Shown: in pieces, positions 6,546 through 13,711 of the stretch
How the letters are laid out: every line of letters begins with the position of its first letter
How positions within the stretch are numbered: position 1 is the first letter of the stretch
Virus record (IMG/VR): IMGVR_UViG_3300037461_001127
Coordinates: 1-34,035 of that record
Direction: 5' to 3' (one strand)
DNA: 34,035 nt
Source of the DNA: a virus
Made by a program: the position numbers and the translations under genes
The notes under the pieces: model-generated
The model's database searches: none
What the model was told of the DNA's origin: nothing
What the model saw: the letters and a program-made list of their open reading frames with translations, nothing else

Positions 6546-8243
6546 TCATTGGGCTGCCTCGTGCCAGTACGCGAAGACCTGCCCTTTGCCGTCCTCGCGG
6601 GTCTGTTTCGCACGTCCGACGACGGCTCGTTTGACCAGGTCACTCAGTGCCCTGCTGCACGTCGAGTGGGGCAGTTCGGTCTTGTCGCGGATCTCCGACT
6701 CGGGGATTGCCCAGGCCTCGTTCATGGGCAGCACGGACAGCACGAGATCCTCGGCTTCCTTCGCCCTGGCCGCCTCGCCGAAGGCGACCATGTGGTAGCG
6801 GTTGTCGCCGTTGAGCTCGACCGTCACCGCCGCCGGCGTCTCGTCGAAGCGGCCCACCCCGAGGAGCTCGCGGCGGTTCTCGTGACCGCGGCCCCTGGTA
6901 CGGCGCAGGCTCAGGAGGATGTCCATCGCGCCGCCGAAGGCAGACGACCCGCGCGACGCCTCCCCGATCTCGGCTGTGCCCTTGCGTTCGTGGCGCACGG
7001 CGAGCACGGCGCAGCCCGCCTCGGCGATGTGACGCAGCGGCGCCATCGCCGCCAGGGCAGCGCCGGCGGAGTTCTCGTCGTCGCCCCGCAGCCCTGCCCA
7101 GTCGGAGAGCGTGTCGACGATCACGAGGCCGACGTGGTGCTGCGTGACGTAGGCGTGGACGAGCTCGCCGACCTGGTCCCACTCCAGTGACCTGACGCTC
7201 GCGCGCAGGAGGACGTGCCAGTCGGCGCCGAGCTTGAGCTTGCGTGCCTGGCTGGCGTAGCTCGTGCGTCCCTGCTCGGTCAGGTAGAGCACGGGGCAGG
7301 TGTAGGTCGCGTGGTCGAGCACCTCGTAGCCCTTGGTGACGCTGGCGGCGATCTGCAGGGCGAGGTGCGTCTTGCCGACCTTCGGCTTGGCGGCGAGCTC
7401 GGTCACGGCGCCCTTAGCGAGATAGCCGAACCAGACGTACTCGGGGCGCTCGGGGGCCTCGCTGAGCAGCTGCGAGAGCGAGATGACCGGCAGGTCGGAG
7501 GGGCGCTCGTTGCCCGGGTGGCATGGCACGAGCTCCTCGAGCGTCTTGCCGGCTCGGAGGTGGTCGGCTGCATCCTTGCCCTCGACGGCCTCGACGACGC
7601 GGATGTCAGCCGCGGTGCCGGCCAGGGCGGCGGCTACCTCGAAGGCGTGCTTGCGCCCAGGCTCGTCGCGGTCGGCGACGATGATCACGTCGGCGCCCTT
7701 GAGGATGGCCGTGTACTCGGGCCGCCACTTGCCGGCGCCGCCCGGGTTGGTGGTCGCGACCCCGCCGGCCTCCTCGATCGCGGCGACGTCCTTCTCGCCC
7801 TCACAGACGTAGACCGGCAGGCCGGCGGCCACGGCGGTGCGTACGTCAGGCAGGTGGTAGAGGACGCGGCGAGTGTCGCCGAGCTTCCACGCCCAGCCTC
7901 CGGCGCCGTCGGGCTTGCGCTGGCGGAAGTCCTTGGGGGCGAAGCGCACGACCTGGTAGAGCAGCTCGCCGTCTTCGTCGGTGTAGTCGTAGGTGGCGAC
8001 GATCTCGCGCTGCGCGGAGCGCTCCTTGGGCGGGAAGAGGTCGGCCAGCGTGAGGCCGAGCGCCTCGCAGACCTTGGCCGGCTCGCAGCCCGCGAAGCAG
8101 GTCAGAAGCACGCGGCCGTCGTCGCCCTCGCCGACCGAGAGACTCTGTTTGCGGTCCTCGTGCGCCGGGCAGCGGGCGATGAACCCGCCGCCCGACTGGC
8201 GCTTCACGCCCTCCAGGCGCCCGAGGAGCTCGTCAATGCGCAT
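6546..8243 (-). CDS. Bifunctional primase (Zn-finger plus TOPRIM) and RecA-like/AAA helicase with C-terminal wHTH
   Basis: CPAHEDRKQSLSV...CFAGC is a zinc motif. VCEGEKDV...IIVADRDEPG is TOPRIM. AAKPKVGKTHLAL is Walker A and LVIVDTLS is Walker B. The C-terminal LPHSTCSRALSDLVKRAVV resembles an HTH. Confidence 0.85.
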   Translation of the reverse strand: MRIDELLGRLEGVKRQSGGGFIARCPAHEDRKQSLSVGEGDDGRVLLTCFAGCEPAKVCEALGLTLADLFPPKERSAQREIVATYDYTDEDGELLYQVVRFAPKDFRQRKPDGAGGWAWKLGDTRRVLYHLPDVRTAVAAGLPVYVCEGEKDVAAIEEAGGVATTNPGGAGKWRPEYTAILKGADVIIVADRDEPGRKHAFEVAAALAGTAADIRVVEAVEGKDAADHLRAGKTLEELVPCHPGNERPSDLPVISLSQLLSEAPERPEYVWFGYLAKGAVTELAAKPKVGKTHLALQIAASVTKGYEVLDHATYTCPVLYLTEQGRTSYASQARKLKLGADWHVLLRASVRSLEWDQVGELVHAYVTQHHVGLVIVDTLSDWAGLRGDDENSAGAALAAMAPLRHIAEAGCAVLAVRHERKGTAEIGEASRGSSAFGGAMDILLSLRRTRGRGHENRRELLGVGRFDETPAAVTVELNGDNRYHMVAFGEAARAKEAEDLVLSVLPMNEAWAIPESEIRDKTELPHSTCSRALSDLVKRAVVGRAKQTREDGKGQVFAYWHEAAQ

Positions 8244-8445
8244 CGGAGACGATGTCGGCGAAGGTGGTGGCCGCGAACGCGCCCTGCTGCGACAGCTCGC
8301 CCTCGAGCTCCTCGAGTGCCAGCAGGTAGCCGTGCCGCACGAGCAGGCGGCGTTCCTCGTCGTGGATGCCGAAGCTGCGCTTACCCGCCATGGCGCGCCG
8401 CGTCGCGATCGCGCTGGCGAGGAGGGCGCGGAGGTGGTCAGTCAT
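8233..8445 (-). CDS. Hypothetical protein
   Basis: 70 aa with an ATG start. It overlaps both neighbouring genes by a few nt and has a protein-like composition. Confidence 0.55.
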   Translation of the reverse strand: MTDHLRALLASAIATRRAMAGKRSFGIHDEERRLLVRHGYLLALEELEGELSQQGAFAATTFADIVSDAH

Positions 8446-8662
8446 CGCCGGCCCCCTCGTTGCCGCCCCACTTGAGCCCCGCGAGCCAGGCGTCGACGTC
8501 TCCCGTCGTGCCGGTCGACTCGTGCGGCGTGGTCATGCGCCCCGACCGGTAGCCGGCACGCCAGGCATCCTCACGCAGGCCGCAGGCGAACAGCGCGCAG
8601 ACTGACCAGCCCAGAGCGACGCCGCAGAGCAGGGCGAGGAAGAGCTCGAAGGCGAGGCTCAC
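8438..8662 (-). CDS. Small membrane protein (one TM helix)
   Basis: GTG 8662..8660 forms a GTGA overlap with the upstream stop (alternative GTG at 8671). VSLAFELFLALLCGVALGWSVCALFACGL is hydrophobic. The hand-read codons end almost always in G/C. Confidence 0.55.
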   Translation of the reverse strand: MSLAFELFLALLCGVALGWSVCALFACGLREDAWRAGYRSGRMTTPHESTGTTGDVDAWLAGLKWGGNEGAGDD

Positions 8663-9030
8663 AGCGTCCACCCCCCGTGCACCGAGCAGCGCTCGGCCGG
8701 GTTGCGCCGGGAGAGGATCGTGTAACAGCCCTCGACGGTGCAGACGCGGCCTTCGGGGAAGAGGATCGTGTAGTAGACCTCGCCGTGGTTCCCACCGTGG
8801 CCCTGGACCTCGGGCAGCTCCTCGCCGACCTCGACGATGGGCACGTCCATGGTGTTCTTCATGCGCCACAGGGCCCGGGCCACGGCGTTGCGGGTCATGC
8901 CGAGCTCGACGGCGATCTGGGTGATCGTCAGCACGCTGCCGGCGAGCAGCCCGTAGATCTCGCGTGCCCGCTTCGAGTTGCCGTGGTCGAGGCGTGGGCG
9001 CCCGGCTTCCATGACTACTGCCACTGCCAT
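8659..9030 (-). CDS. HTH DNA-binding protein (sigma-70 region-4-like HTH) with C-terminal Cys/HGG motif
   Basis: AREIYGLLAGSVLTITQIAVELGMTRNAVARALWRMKN resembles region-4/LuxR-type HTHs. The C-terminus is CTVEGC...RCSVHGG. GGTGAG lies upstream of ATG 9030. Confidence 0.6.
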   Translation of the reverse strand: MAVAVVMEAGRPRLDHGNSKRAREIYGLLAGSVLTITQIAVELGMTRNAVARALWRMKNTMDVPIVEVGEELPEVQGHGGNHGEVYYTILFPEGRVCTVEGCYTILSRRNPAERCSVHGGWTL

Positions 9031-9233
9031 GTCTCACCGTCCCTGACCGCCATCTGGTAGTGCTCGAGCGCCCGCTCGCGGTCGACCAGGATCCCGGTCG
9101 CCGAGCCGTCGGGCATCGTGCGGACGGTGTAGTAGCCGTGCTCGCCCTTGCGCAGCTCGACCGTCGCCCCGAGCGGGGTCTGGTAGCTCGCGAGCAGCAC
9201 GGAGGCCGCCGCGGGGGCCTTGATCTGACTCAA
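9015..9233 (-). CDS. Hypothetical protein
   Basis: 72 aa with a TTG start and GGAGGG about 9 nt upstream. Protein-like composition. Confidence 0.5.
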   Translation of the reverse strand: MSQIKAPAAASVLLASYQTPLGATVELRKGEHGYYTVRTMPDGSATGILVDRERALEHYQMAVRDGETWQWQ

Positions 9234-9236
9234 GAC

Positions 9237-9584
9237 TCAGCCCTCCCTCGAGCGTTCGGGGTAGACCATCCAGAGCAGCAGGTCGCTGCGCACGCGCAGC
9301 CGCCCGCCGACCTTGTGGTTCGGTATCTCGGCCCACTCGCCGGCCACCGCGTCGAAGCGCGGACGCACCGTGTCCGAGTCGATGGCGCGGCCCTTGGCGA
9401 GGGCCTTGGCGATGCGCTTGCGGTAGGCGGCCAGGAGGCGGAAGCCCAGGTCCCTGCCGATGCCGAGGAACTCGAAGGCGACGGCCGTGTCGACCGTGGG
9501 CTCGCGCTCGAGCAGCTGCTCGAGCTCCGACCGAAGGTGCGCGGGGGCGGCAGCGACGCCGCCCCCGCTGGTCTGCGCGCTCAC
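9237..9584 (-). CDS. Excisionase/MerR-like (HTH_17-type) DNA-binding protein
   Basis: GTG 9584..9582 forms a GTGA overlap with the recT stop. The C-terminal IPNHKVGGRLRVRSDLLLWM is the typical wing/helix ending of Xis-type HTH domains. The longer track ORF (to 9710) overlaps recT and is rejected. Confidence 0.55.
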   Translation of the reverse strand: MSAQTSGGGVAAAPAHLRSELEQLLEREPTVDTAVAFEFLGIGRDLGFRLLAAYRKRIAKALAKGRAIDSDTVRPRFDAVAGEWAEIPNHKVGGRLRVRSDLLLWMVYPERSREG

Positions 9585-10798
9585 GACGCCACCGCTTGCC
9601 GCTCGGGCTCGGCCGCGCCGGAGAGGTAGTCGATGAAGGCGCCGGCCTGCTGCTTGTCGAGCTCGCGCCGGCTGCGCACGCCGGTGAGGCTCTCCATGTA
9701 GCGGCGCCACTCGCCCTCGGGAAGCTTCGACTTCTTGAGTAGGGCGGCGATCATGTTGAGCTGCGCCCGGCTCGCCTTGGTCTTCGGTGCCTTGTCGGTG
9801 GCCGCGAGGAAGGCTTCTTCATCCGCGTCGAGCTCGTCGTCAGGAGCCTCTGTGGCGACCGCGGAGACCTCTTCGGCCTCCACTACTACTTCGGCGTCCT
9901 CGACGTCTTCTGTGGCCTCCTGGGCGCCGACCGCGGCCTCGTCGTCATGGTCGCCGTCCCCGGGCTGCTCGTGCATCGCACGGAAGATGCGCACGGCGAT
10001 GTCGCGGGGCATCTCGGACCCGGGCCCTTCGTGGCCCAGAGCCGCGGCGTTGGCGAGCAGATCGTCGGCCGAGAGGCCGAGCTCCGTGCCGGCCTCGAGG
10101 AGCTTGGTCCAGCCCTCCGCGCCGAGCAGCTCGACCTCGACGGCCTCGGCCTCGTAGTCGTAGTCGCTCGTGACGATGCGCTCGGCCTCGTCCTGGTCGT
10201 AGATCCCGGAGAAGCCGAAGGCGATGCGCCTGGCCTGGATACGCGCCTTGTGCTCGAGCATCCGCTTGGTGTGGCTCTGCCAGGGCCCGAGCTTCTTGTA
10301 CGCCTTGCCGCTCTGACCCTTGCCCTCGAACGCCGGCCGGTAACACTCGTCGAGGTACTCGGTGTGGTCGGTGGGATGATCGCGATCGCGGCGGTAGACG
10401 AGGATGCGGACCCACGGCGGGCAGAGCTTGGCGTCCTCGTCGATCCGCTCCCACTCGTCGCGCGGCGGAAGCTCGAGCTCCTCGCCGGCGAACTGCGGAT
10501 GCTCGTTGGCGATGCGGTTCCACCCGTCGACACCGACGACGGGGACGATGCCGTTCTGCTTGTCGGGGAAGGCGAATATCTCCTTCGTCCAGGGGTTGAG
10601 GCCGTACTGGTCGGCGACGACGAGCAAGGCGGCGACCTGGGCGTTCGTGGGCGGCCCGTCCTTGGTCTTGAAGGCGGTCTGGTTGAGCACCGCGAGGACC
10701 TCGCTCTTGGGCGTGCCCGGCATGTACTTGGCGCCGAGGCGCTCGAGCAGCGTGGAGCGACGCTCGAGCTCGCGGCTGGGTGTCTTTGTCTCGGTCAT
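9581..10798 (-). CDS. recT: RecT-family single-strand annealing protein with long acidic C-terminal extension
   Basis: QYGLNPWTKEIFAF, VVGVDGW and HTKRMLEHKARIQ are RecT-type motifs. ATG 10798 lies 4 nt after the upstream stop, with AGGTGA upstream. The track start GTG 10843 overlaps the previous gene. Confidence 0.85.
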   Translation of the reverse strand: MTETKTPSRELERRSTLLERLGAKYMPGTPKSEVLAVLNQTAFKTKDGPPTNAQVAALLVVADQYGLNPWTKEIFAFPDKQNGIVPVVGVDGWNRIANEHPQFAGEELELPPRDEWERIDEDAKLCPPWVRILVYRRDRDHPTDHTEYLDECYRPAFEGKGQSGKAYKKLGPWQSHTKRMLEHKARIQARRIAFGFSGIYDQDEAERIVTSDYDYEAEAVEVELLGAEGWTKLLEAGTELGLSADDLLANAAALGHEGPGSEMPRDIAVRIFRAMHEQPGDGDHDDEAAVGAQEATEDVEDAEVVVEAEEVSAVATEAPDDELDADEEAFLAATDKAPKTKASRAQLNMIAALLKKSKLPEGEWRRYMESLTGVRSRRELDKQQAGAFIDYLSGAAEPERQAVAS

Positions 10799-10802
10799 CG
10801 CG

Positions 10803-11474
10803 TCACCTGACCACTGGCTCCTCGGTGATCCAGATGCGGACACCGGGGATAGGGTTCTCGGGCGTGGCCATGCCGGAACGCACGGCGGCGCCGATCTTCT
10901 TCTCGTCGATCGTCTTGTAGACGTCCGGCACCAGGGCGGCGTCGACGACCTCGAAGTGCGTCTGCTTGCGGTAGGTCACCTTGGCGCCCGAGTCGGTCTC
11001 GACGGTCTTGGCCGGGGCGGCCACGGTCGGCACGATCGGGATGACCGGCGGCGGCTCGACGCCGCGCTCGGCGGCCTTCTCGGCGGCGCGCTCCTGGCGC
11101 TTCTCGGCCAGCAGGCGCAGGCGCTCCTGCTCCTTGCGCGCCGCCTCCGCCACCTTGAAGCGGTAGGCGCTGGTCTTGCGGGTGAGGATCTCGTCGGCCT
11201 CGCGCGCCGGCGCGGCGATGGCGTCGAAGTCCGAGCGGATGAGCTTGACCTGCGCGTTCAGCGGGTCGAGCCAGCGCTTCTTGAGCGCCTCGACGCGCTT
11301 GCCGGCCTTGCGCACCTGACTGAGCAGGTCGAGGGCGGCGGCGTTCGTCGCCTCATCGGTGATCTCGAGCTCGCGCGCCTCATCGGCGACGGTGCGCACG
11401 GCGCTCTCGGCTGCGACGACCTCGGCGTCCGCGCGATACGGCGCCAGGTCGGTCACTGTGGCTGGAGTTGCCAA
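10803..11474 (-). CDS. Hypothetical coiled-coil protein of the recombination module
   Basis: 223 aa with a TTG start and AGGAG 8 nt upstream. It sits between the exonuclease and recT genes and has a long charged helical region. Confidence 0.65.
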   Translation of the reverse strand: MATPATVTDLAPYRADAEVVAAESAVRTVADEARELEITDEATNAAALDLLSQVRKAGKRVEALKKRWLDPLNAQVKLIRSDFDAIAAPAREADEILTRKTSAYRFKVAEAARKEQERLRLLAEKRQERAAEKAAERGVEPPPVIPIVPTVAAPAKTVETDSGAKVTYRKQTHFEVVDAALVPDVYKTIDEKKIGAAVRSGMATPENPIPGVRIWITEEPVVR

Positions 11475-11475
11475 G

Positions 11476-12120
11476 TCAGACTCCTGTCTTCATGACGCCG
11501 TAGAGGCCAAGGCAGTAGCCGAAGCCAGCGAAGTCGGCGTCGTGGTGAGTGAGTACGTGCGGCGTGACCTTGCCGGGCTCGTCCTTGGAGAAGAGCAAGA
11601 CGATGCGCTCGGCCGGCTTGTCGCCGTAGGTCTCGATCGCGGCCCGCCGATAGGCGGCGAGCTGAAAGCGGTGCGACCAGTAGAGGTCGCGCGTGGTCTT
11701 GTAGTCGATGATGCAGGGTGACTTGCGCCCCGCCCGGCGCCCGTAGAGGTCGGGCTTGCCGGCGTAGCCGTAGCGCGCGCTGCAGACGGGCTCCTCGACG
11801 GCATGGATCTCGTCGAGGTTCTCGTCGAGCCAGCGCTTACCGGACTCCACCGTCGCCCACCACTGCTCTGGCAGATCGAGCGCCAGGAGCTTGTCGCCGC
11901 GGGCGTGAGCGGCGAGCCCGGCGTGCACGCTCGTCCCGAAGGCGGCCGCCTCGTCGCGGATCGTGTCAGCCTCCATGCCGACACGCTTGAACCACTCCTC
12001 GAGCTGCGGGCTGCGCAGGACGGCGCCGATCACGCTGGTCACGCCGGCGAGCGGGCGCCCGTCGAGGGTGTAGGTGTGGCCCGGCCCTTCGGTCGGCACG
12101 AGCAGGCGCTCGCGCATCAC
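11476..12120 (-). CDS. PD-(D/E)XK (RecB/Cas4-like) exonuclease
   Basis: GYAGKPDL...CIIDYKT...FQLAAYRRAA gives the D...(D/E)xK and QxxxY pattern. It lies upstream of recT, as in RecET-like modules. Confidence 0.75.
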   Translation of the reverse strand: MMRERLLVPTEGPGHTYTLDGRPLAGVTSVIGAVLRSPQLEEWFKRVGMEADTIRDEAAAFGTSVHAGLAAHARGDKLLALDLPEQWWATVESGKRWLDENLDEIHAVEEPVCSARYGYAGKPDLYGRRAGRKSPCIIDYKTTRDLYWSHRFQLAAYRRAAIETYGDKPAERIVLLFSKDEPGKVTPHVLTHHDADFAGFGYCLGLYGVMKTGV

Positions 12121-12323
12121 AGGTCGGCCCTGTCGAGCCGCGCCTCTTCGCGCCCCTCGCGCAGCATCTCGGCGTGCGAGAGCGGGTCGCTGAAGACCGC
12201 GCCGCAGTGGACGCAGTGCCAGCCGTCCGCGCCGCGATCATCGTCTTCGGTGCTCGCGTGGCAGTTCGGGCAGTAGCCGCGGTCGTCGGGCGGCGTCGTC
12301 AGCCAGGTGTCGTAGCCGCTCAT
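12117..12323 (-). CDS. Small zinc-ribbon protein
   Basis: CPNC...CVHC, with ATGA overlap with the upstream gene. Confidence 0.6.
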   Translation of the reverse strand: MSGYDTWLTTPPDDRGYCPNCHASTEDDDRGADGWHCVHCGAVFSDPLSHAEMLREGREEARLDRADL

Positions 12324-12505
12324 GACGCGACCCTCCGTGTCGCGACCTCGTAGGAGGCCTCCTTGCGGCGCACGGCGTCGCGCAGGGTGCGGTTGTCCCT
12401 GAGAGCCTGGTCAAGGGCGGCGTGCGACGAGATCGCCGTGGCGAGCAGCTCGTGGATGCGGCCCTTCCAGTAGACGACGACGATGTACTCGCGCAGGTCG
12501 GTCAT
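12320..12505 (-). CDS. Hypothetical protein
   Basis: 61 aa. The ATG lies directly after the upstream TAG. Confidence 0.55.
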   Translation of the reverse strand: MTDLREYIVVVYWKGRIHELLATAISSHAALDQALRDNRTLRDAVRRKEASYEVATRRVAS

Positions 12506-12643
12506 CTAGATCAGCCCCTCGGAGCGCGCCAGGACCATGAGCGCGACGAGGAAGATGCCGGCGAAGAGGGCCAGGCCGGGCAGTCCACTGACGAGCCCGG
12601 CGACCAGGCCGGCGGCGACGATGAGGAGCAGGAAGCCGGCCAT
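12506..12643 (-). CDS. Small membrane protein (45 aa, two hydrophobic segments)
   Basis: MAGFLLLIVAAGLVAGLVSGLPGLALFAGIFLVALMVLARSEGLI. The longer TTG-initiated version (to 12811) runs through a strong hairpin and has markedly poorer third-position G+C. Confidence 0.5.
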   Translation of the reverse strand: MAGFLLLIVAAGLVAGLVSGLPGLALFAGIFLVALMVLARSEGLI

Positions 12644-12688
12644 GCCGGCGAAGGTCAGCGCGAGGCGGCTAACCGTGCGTGCAACGCT

Positions 12689-12700
12689 ACCGTGCACGGT
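12689..12700. promoter_or_regulatory. Perfect 12-bp palindrome ACCGTGCACGGT (candidate operator)
   Basis: The sequence is self-complementary as read. The half-site accgtgc is repeated at 12672..12678. It lies just upstream of the TGCTACGAT -10-like element. Confidence 0.35.
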
Positions 12701-12705
12701 ATTTC

Positions 12706-12714
12706 TGCTACGAT
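12706..12714 (+). promoter_or_regulatory. Extended -10-like element TGCTACGAT
   Basis: It fits TGnTAnnnT. The same TGCTA core recurs at 13233..13241 (+) and 13147..13155 (-). Confidence 0.3.
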
Positions 12715-12720
12715 GCGCGG

Positions 12721-12803
12721 ACAGCCTCGGAGGCTCTAGCGGGTCTTCTCGGGTGCTGAGGGAGGCCGGTCTCTGCCAAGGGTCCCGGCCTCCCGCCTTT
12801 TGG
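12721..12803 (+). ncRNA. Candidate small or antisense RNA of about 80 nt (promoter to intrinsic terminator)
   Basis: It is bounded by the -10-like element at 12706..12714 and the hairpin plus T-tract at 12760..12803. No credible ORF lies on either strand. It is on the strand opposite to all surrounding genes. Confidence 0.3.
12760..12803 (+). terminator. Intrinsic-terminator-like hairpin with T-tract on the plus strand
   Basis: GGGAGGCCGG (12760..12769) pairs with CCGGCCTCCC (12785..12794), giving a perfect 10-bp G/C stem with a 15-nt loop. It is followed by gccTTTTgg. On the minus strand the same stem has no U-tail. Confidence 0.55.
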
Positions 12804-12851
12804 CGGTGCAACGTTCCCCCTCTCGATGTTCATGATCTGCTGCCCGTTGGG

Positions 12852-12870
12852 CTCTCTCTCCTCCTCTCTC
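12852..12870. repeat. 19-nt pure pyrimidine (CT) tract, a GA tract on the minus strand
   Basis: ctctctctcctcctctctc lies in the non-coding gap. The minus-strand GAGAGAGGAGGAGAGAGAG is Shine-Dalgarno-like, but no start codon follows within range. Confidence 0.5.
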
Positions 12871-12897
12871 GTGCGGTATCAGTCGGGCAGGTACACT

Positions 12898-13119
12898 CTA
12901 GTTATCGCTGTCCAGAGTGTCAAGGGCTGTATCGGCAAACTGTTCTAGAGCTGTAGCGCGAATCCTCTTGAAGCCACCGGACGTGCGGATGTGCGGAAGA
13001 TCTCCCCGGTCACACATCCGCGAGACGGTGCGTCCGCTGATCGGGTAGCCCCTGCTCGTCAGATAGGCCGCTGCCTCACTCGGCGTCAGGTACTCCTGCT
13101 TGCGTGGTCGCGGTGTCAC
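12898..13119 (-). CDS. Cro/Xis-like HTH_17-type DNA-binding protein, first gene of the early operon
   Basis: GTG 13119 with GGAGG about 6 nt upstream. LTPSEAAAYL...ISGRTVSRMCDRGDLPHIRTSGGFKRIRATALEQF. Its third-position G+C is lower than in neighbouring genes. The 243-aa track ORF extension is rejected. Confidence 0.6.
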   Translation of the reverse strand: MTPRPRKQEYLTPSEAAAYLTSRGYPISGRTVSRMCDRGDLPHIRTSGGFKRIRATALEQFADTALDTLDSDN

Positions 13120-13146
13120 TCCCCCTCCTCGTCGCCCGTGACGGCC

Positions 13147-13155
13147 ACCATAGCA
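13147..13155 (-). promoter_or_regulatory. Extended -10-like element TGCTATGGT (early leftward promoter candidate)
   Basis: The plus strand reads accatagca. It lies about 28 nt upstream of GTG 13119, with the RBS in between. Confidence 0.35.
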
Positions 13156-13174
13156 CCGCCGGTGGGCCGCGTCG

Positions 13175-13193
13175 CTCAGGTAATACCTCAGGT
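13175..13193. promoter_or_regulatory. Direct repeats CTCAGGT x2, 12 nt apart, enclosing AGGTA-A-TACCT (candidate operator)
   Basis: ctcaggtaatacctcaggt lies between the two divergent -10-like elements. A third CTCAGG at 13240..13245 overlaps the rightward -10. Confidence 0.3.
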
Positions 13194-13232
13194 CGCGCTC
13201 TTGACGAGGTGGGTCCTGGTGGCGCTTGCGGA

Positions 13233-13241
13233 TGCTACACT
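13233..13241 (+). promoter_or_regulatory. Extended -10-like element TGCTACACT (promoter candidate for the lipoprotein gene)
   Basis: It fits TGnTAnnnT and lies 33 nt upstream of ATG 13274, with GGAGGGG at 13265. Confidence 0.35.
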
Positions 13242-13273
13242 CAGGCCGGGACGTCACCGACGCCGGAGGGGCC

Positions 13274-13711
13274 ATGCGCGTCATCCTTGTAGCCTGCGCC
13301 GCCGGGCTTTCGCTTGCTCTCGTTGCCTGCGGCGGCAACGCATCCGAGCCGGCCGCGCCGAGCTCCACCTCGCCGGCCGCCGTTGCTCCCGCGTCGCCAT
13401 CGCCGGTCGACCAGAGCGCCGAGCTCGAGCAGGCAGTGCGCGCGTTCTCCGGCGCCTGCCTCTCCGGCGACGCCGAGGCGAGCTGGAAGCTGCTCTCAGA
13501 GAAGAGCCGCGACGCCACCTCGAAGGACTCCTGGCGGGCGATCGTGGCGGCGATCGCCGAGCAGTGGGGCGACGCGAAGCTGAAGAGCGTCAAGGTCGTC
13601 GCGATCGGCGAGGACGCGGCGCTCGTCACCTACAGATACACCGACCCCGCGATAGACCAGGTGAGAGAACCCTGGGTGCGCGAGGCCGGTGCGTGGCGCT
13701 GCGACCAGTAG
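13274..13711 (+). CDS. Secreted lipoprotein (only plus-strand gene; candidate lysogeny-expressed moron or superinfection-exclusion factor)
   Basis: MRVILVACAAGLSLALVAC-GG is a signal peptide with an LVAC lipobox. GGAGGGG lies before the ATG. The mature part resembles small NTF2-like lipoproteins, judged by pattern only. Confidence 0.7.
   Translation: MRVILVACAAGLSLALVACGGNASEPAAPSSTSPAAVAPASPSPVDQSAELEQAVRAFSGACLSGDAEASWKLLSEKSRDATSKDSWRAIVAAIAEQWGDAKLKSVKVVAIGEDAALVTYRYTDPAIDQVREPWVREAGAWRCDQ

Noticed and set aside
12708-12833. 41-aa minus-strand ORF (MNIERGNVAPPKGG...), and the TTG-initiated 101-aa version of 12506..12811, in the early intergenic gap.
   Set aside because: About a third of the 41-aa ORF's codons end in A/T, with several AGA/AGG codons, unlike genuine genes here. 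The ORFs run through the 10-bp G/C hairpin. The GGAGG-like tract is too far from the ATG. I kept only the 45-aa hydrophobic ORF. The TTG version cannot be fully excluded.
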